NCBI GenBank assembly: GCA_039024555.1
Contig: JBCCQQ010000093.1
Span: forward strand, 1-17,574
Length of the DNA stretch: 17,574 nucleotides
From: Cyanobacteria bacterium P01_D01_bin.156
GTDB taxonomy: Bacteria; Cyanobacteriota; Cyanobacteriia; Phormidesmidales; Phormidesmidaceae
Direction: 5' to 3'
This document shows positions 15,650 to 17,574 of the stretch, piece after piece; position 1 is the stretch's first letter; each line of letters begins with the position of its first letter. The notes under the pieces were generated by a model. That model worked only from the letters and a program-made list of their open reading frames with translations, did not search any database and was not told where the DNA came from. A program made the position numbers and the translations under genes.

Positions 15650-17574
15650 ATGCTCCAATCTCGTCAGCTTCTAAATACGGTTTTTATGGTGACCTCCCTG
15701 GGGTTACTATTTCCCCAGATTGCCCAAGCGGCGTTGGTGGAGCGAGCTGAACCAACCTGGTCAGAATCTAAGCTGGAGAAGCTGAAAAAGCTAGAATTAC
15801 TGCTGGCCAAGTCAACGCAAGTCGCTCAAACTGACCCAAGAAAAGCAGAAGCCGATCAATTAAGGCTTGAAGGCATTGAACAAGCCAAACGTAGTGATTG
15901 GCAAGCAGCGCTGGCTACCTGGCAGCAAACATTAGCCATTTATCAAAATATTGGCGACCGGGTTGGTGAAGCCAAAACCCTCAACAACATTGGCATTGTG
16001 AATCGATTGTTGGGGAACTATCCGGAGGCATTGGACTATTACGCCCGAAGTCTGGTGGTCACCCAAGAAATCGGAGATCGGGCCACTGAAGCCAAAACCC
16101 TCAACAACATTGGCATTGTGAATCGCTCGTTGGGGAACTATGCGGAGGCATTGGACTATTACGCCCAAAGTCTGGTGATTACACAAGAAATCGGCGACCG
16201 GGACGTTGAAGCCCAAACCCTCAACAACATTGGCGTTGTGAATCACTTATTGGGGAACTATCCTGAGGCGTTGGACTATTACGCCCAAAGTCTGGCGATC
16301 AAACAAGAAATCGGTGACCGGGCATCTGAAGCCCCAACCCTCAACAACATTGGCGAAGTGAATCGCTCGTTGGGGAACTATCTAGAGGCGCTGGACTATT
16401 ACGCCCAAAGTCTAGTGATTACACAAGAAATCGGCGACCGGGCATCTGAAGCCCAAACCCTCAACAACATTGGCCTTCTGAATCGCTTGTTGGGGAACTA
16501 TCTAGAGGCGCTGGACTATTACGCCCAAAGTCTAGTGATTACACAAGAAATCGGCGACCGGGCATCTGAAGCCCAAACCCTCAACAATATTGGCAATGTG
16601 AATCGCTTGTTGGGGAACTATCCTGAGGCGTTGGACTATTACGCCCAAAGTCTAGTGAGCACACAAGAAATCGGTGACCGGGCCGGTGAAGCCAACACCC
16701 TGGCAAATATCGGTTTCTTGTTTGAAACTCAAGAGATACCTGTATTGGCAATCACCTTTTTAAAGCAGGCTATTAATATCTATGAGGATATCCGCAGTGG
16801 CATTCAGTCTCTTGAACAGGCTTCACAAGAGAACTTTAAAGCTAAGAATGAAAACAACTATCGAGCTTTAGCAGATTTACTTCTACAACAAAACCGAGTG
16901 CTAGAGGCCCAGCGGGTAATCGACTTGCTTAAAGTACAAGAGCTAGATGACACATTACGTGGTGTGCGCGGTAACTCATCTACCGCATCTGGCGTGCCTC
17001 TACTGGAAGAAGAAAAAACTCTTCTAGCCCGAAGTCAGCAGATTTTTCAACAAGGCATTAGCATCTCTCAAGAATTGGGTGAGCTGAGGCAAATTCCTCT
17101 GGCAGACCGCACCACCGCCAATAACGAGCGCATTTTTTCCCTAGAAAACCAACAGTCAGAGCTACTCACAGCGTTTTTAGACTTTGTTGCCAGCCCTGAA
17201 GTAGCAAATCTCATCGCTAACCTCAGCGACATTGCCAAACAGGGAGATCTCGTCACCAAACTAGCCAGCGACGAATTTATTAACCTGCGCAACAACCTGG
17301 CCGATATCGAAAATGCGGCGCTGATTTATCCCCTCATCCTTGAAAATCGACTAGAGCTCGTGCTGGTTACCAGCAGCGGTCCACCTACCCACTACCCCAT
17401 CACCGTCGATGAAGACACTCTGCGAGATACTGTTTTTGAGTTTCAGCAGGCCCTAAGAGATAAAACCAGTACCCCCGAACCCCTAGCCCAAAAGCTCTAC
17501 GACTGGATTATCCCAACAGATTTAGAAGCCGCCCTTGAGCAGCAGGGCATCGATACCATTCTCTATGCCCCAGA
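15650..17574 (+). CDS. Secreted TPR-repeat CHAT-domain (caspase-HetF family) protein, partial; runs off the window
   Basis: Hand translation from ATG 15650 is open to the end: signal MLQSRQLLNTVFMVTSLGLLFPQIAQA, TPR array, YRALADLLLQQNRVLEAQRVIDLLKVQEL, ALIYPLILENRLELVLVT, and AQKLYDWII...LE....IDTILYAP (CHAT N-terminus). The catalytic His/Cys are not inside the window. Confidence 0.93.
   Translation, partial: MLQSRQLLNTVFMVTSLGLLFPQIAQAALVERAEPTWSESKLEKLKKLELLLAKSTQVAQTDPRKAEADQLRLEGIEQAKRSDWQAALATWQQTLAIYQNIGDRVGEAKTLNNIGIVNRLLGNYPEALDYYARSLVVTQEIGDRATEAKTLNNIGIVNRSLGNYAEALDYYAQSLVITQEIGDRDVEAQTLNNIGVVNHLLGNYPEALDYYAQSLAIKQEIGDRASEAPTLNNIGEVNRSLGNYLEALDYYAQSLVITQEIGDRASEAQTLNNIGLLNRLLGNYLEALDYYAQSLVITQEIGDRASEAQTLNNIGNVNRLLGNYPEALDYYAQSLVSTQEIGDRAGEANTLANIGFLFETQEIPVLAITFLKQAINIYEDIRSGIQSLEQASQENFKAKNENNYRALADLLLQQNRVLEAQRVIDLLKVQELDDTLRGVRGNSSTASGVPLLEEEKTLLARSQQIFQQGISISQELGELRQIPLADRTTANNERIFSLENQQSELLTAFLDFVASPEVANLIANLSDIAKQGDLVTKLASDEFINLRNNLADIENAALIYPLILENRLELVLVTSSGPPTHYPITVDEDTLRDTVFEFQQALRDKTSTPEPLAQKLYDWIIPTDLEAALEQQGIDTILYAP
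15950..16714 (+). repeat. 120-bp (40-aa TPR) tandem repeat, 6 full units plus a partial seventh
   Basis: Units start at 15950, 16070, 16190, 16310, 16430, 16550 and 16670. Consensus IGDRxxEAxTLNNIGxVNRxLGNYxEALDYYAQSLVITQE. Confidence 0.97.

Noticed and set aside
15950..16714. Diversity-generating retroelement template/variable repeat
   Set aside because: Differences are not adenine-specific, all units are in one reading frame, and no reverse transcriptase is in the window.

Overview
Chromosomal segment of a filamentous-type cyanobacterium: seven HIP1 octamers (GCGATCGC), typical cyanobacterial palindromic repeats, and gene content reminiscent of Leptolyngbya-like taxa (taxon is an inference). 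The housekeeping core is an RRM RNA-binding protein (rbp) with its conserved 5' UTR boxes, a tyrS-pyrF-hypothetical operon, and a divergent class A penicillin-binding protein. That gene is followed by two TPR genes and a secreted TPR-CHAT gene that runs off the window end and is missing from the ORF track. The accessory left third holds the best leads. (1) A compact three-gene envelope operon (527-2174) encodes a membrane-anchored BamE/BLIP-like protein, a lipoprotein that looks like a catalytically dead M23 peptidase, and an exported lysozyme-like protein, which suggests an undescribed peptidoglycan-remodelling module. (2) A secreted protein built of a 52-aa higher-order repeat has a structured 3' UTR with a Yfr1-like motif; related copies of this UTR occur behind an apparent paralog remnant at the window start and as a free-standing sRNA-like unit at about 3527-3655. 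(3) A NirB-like HEAT gene and an uncharacterised ATP-grasp ligase lie behind two NtcA boxes. Family assignments come from motif recognition by eye; no searches were run.
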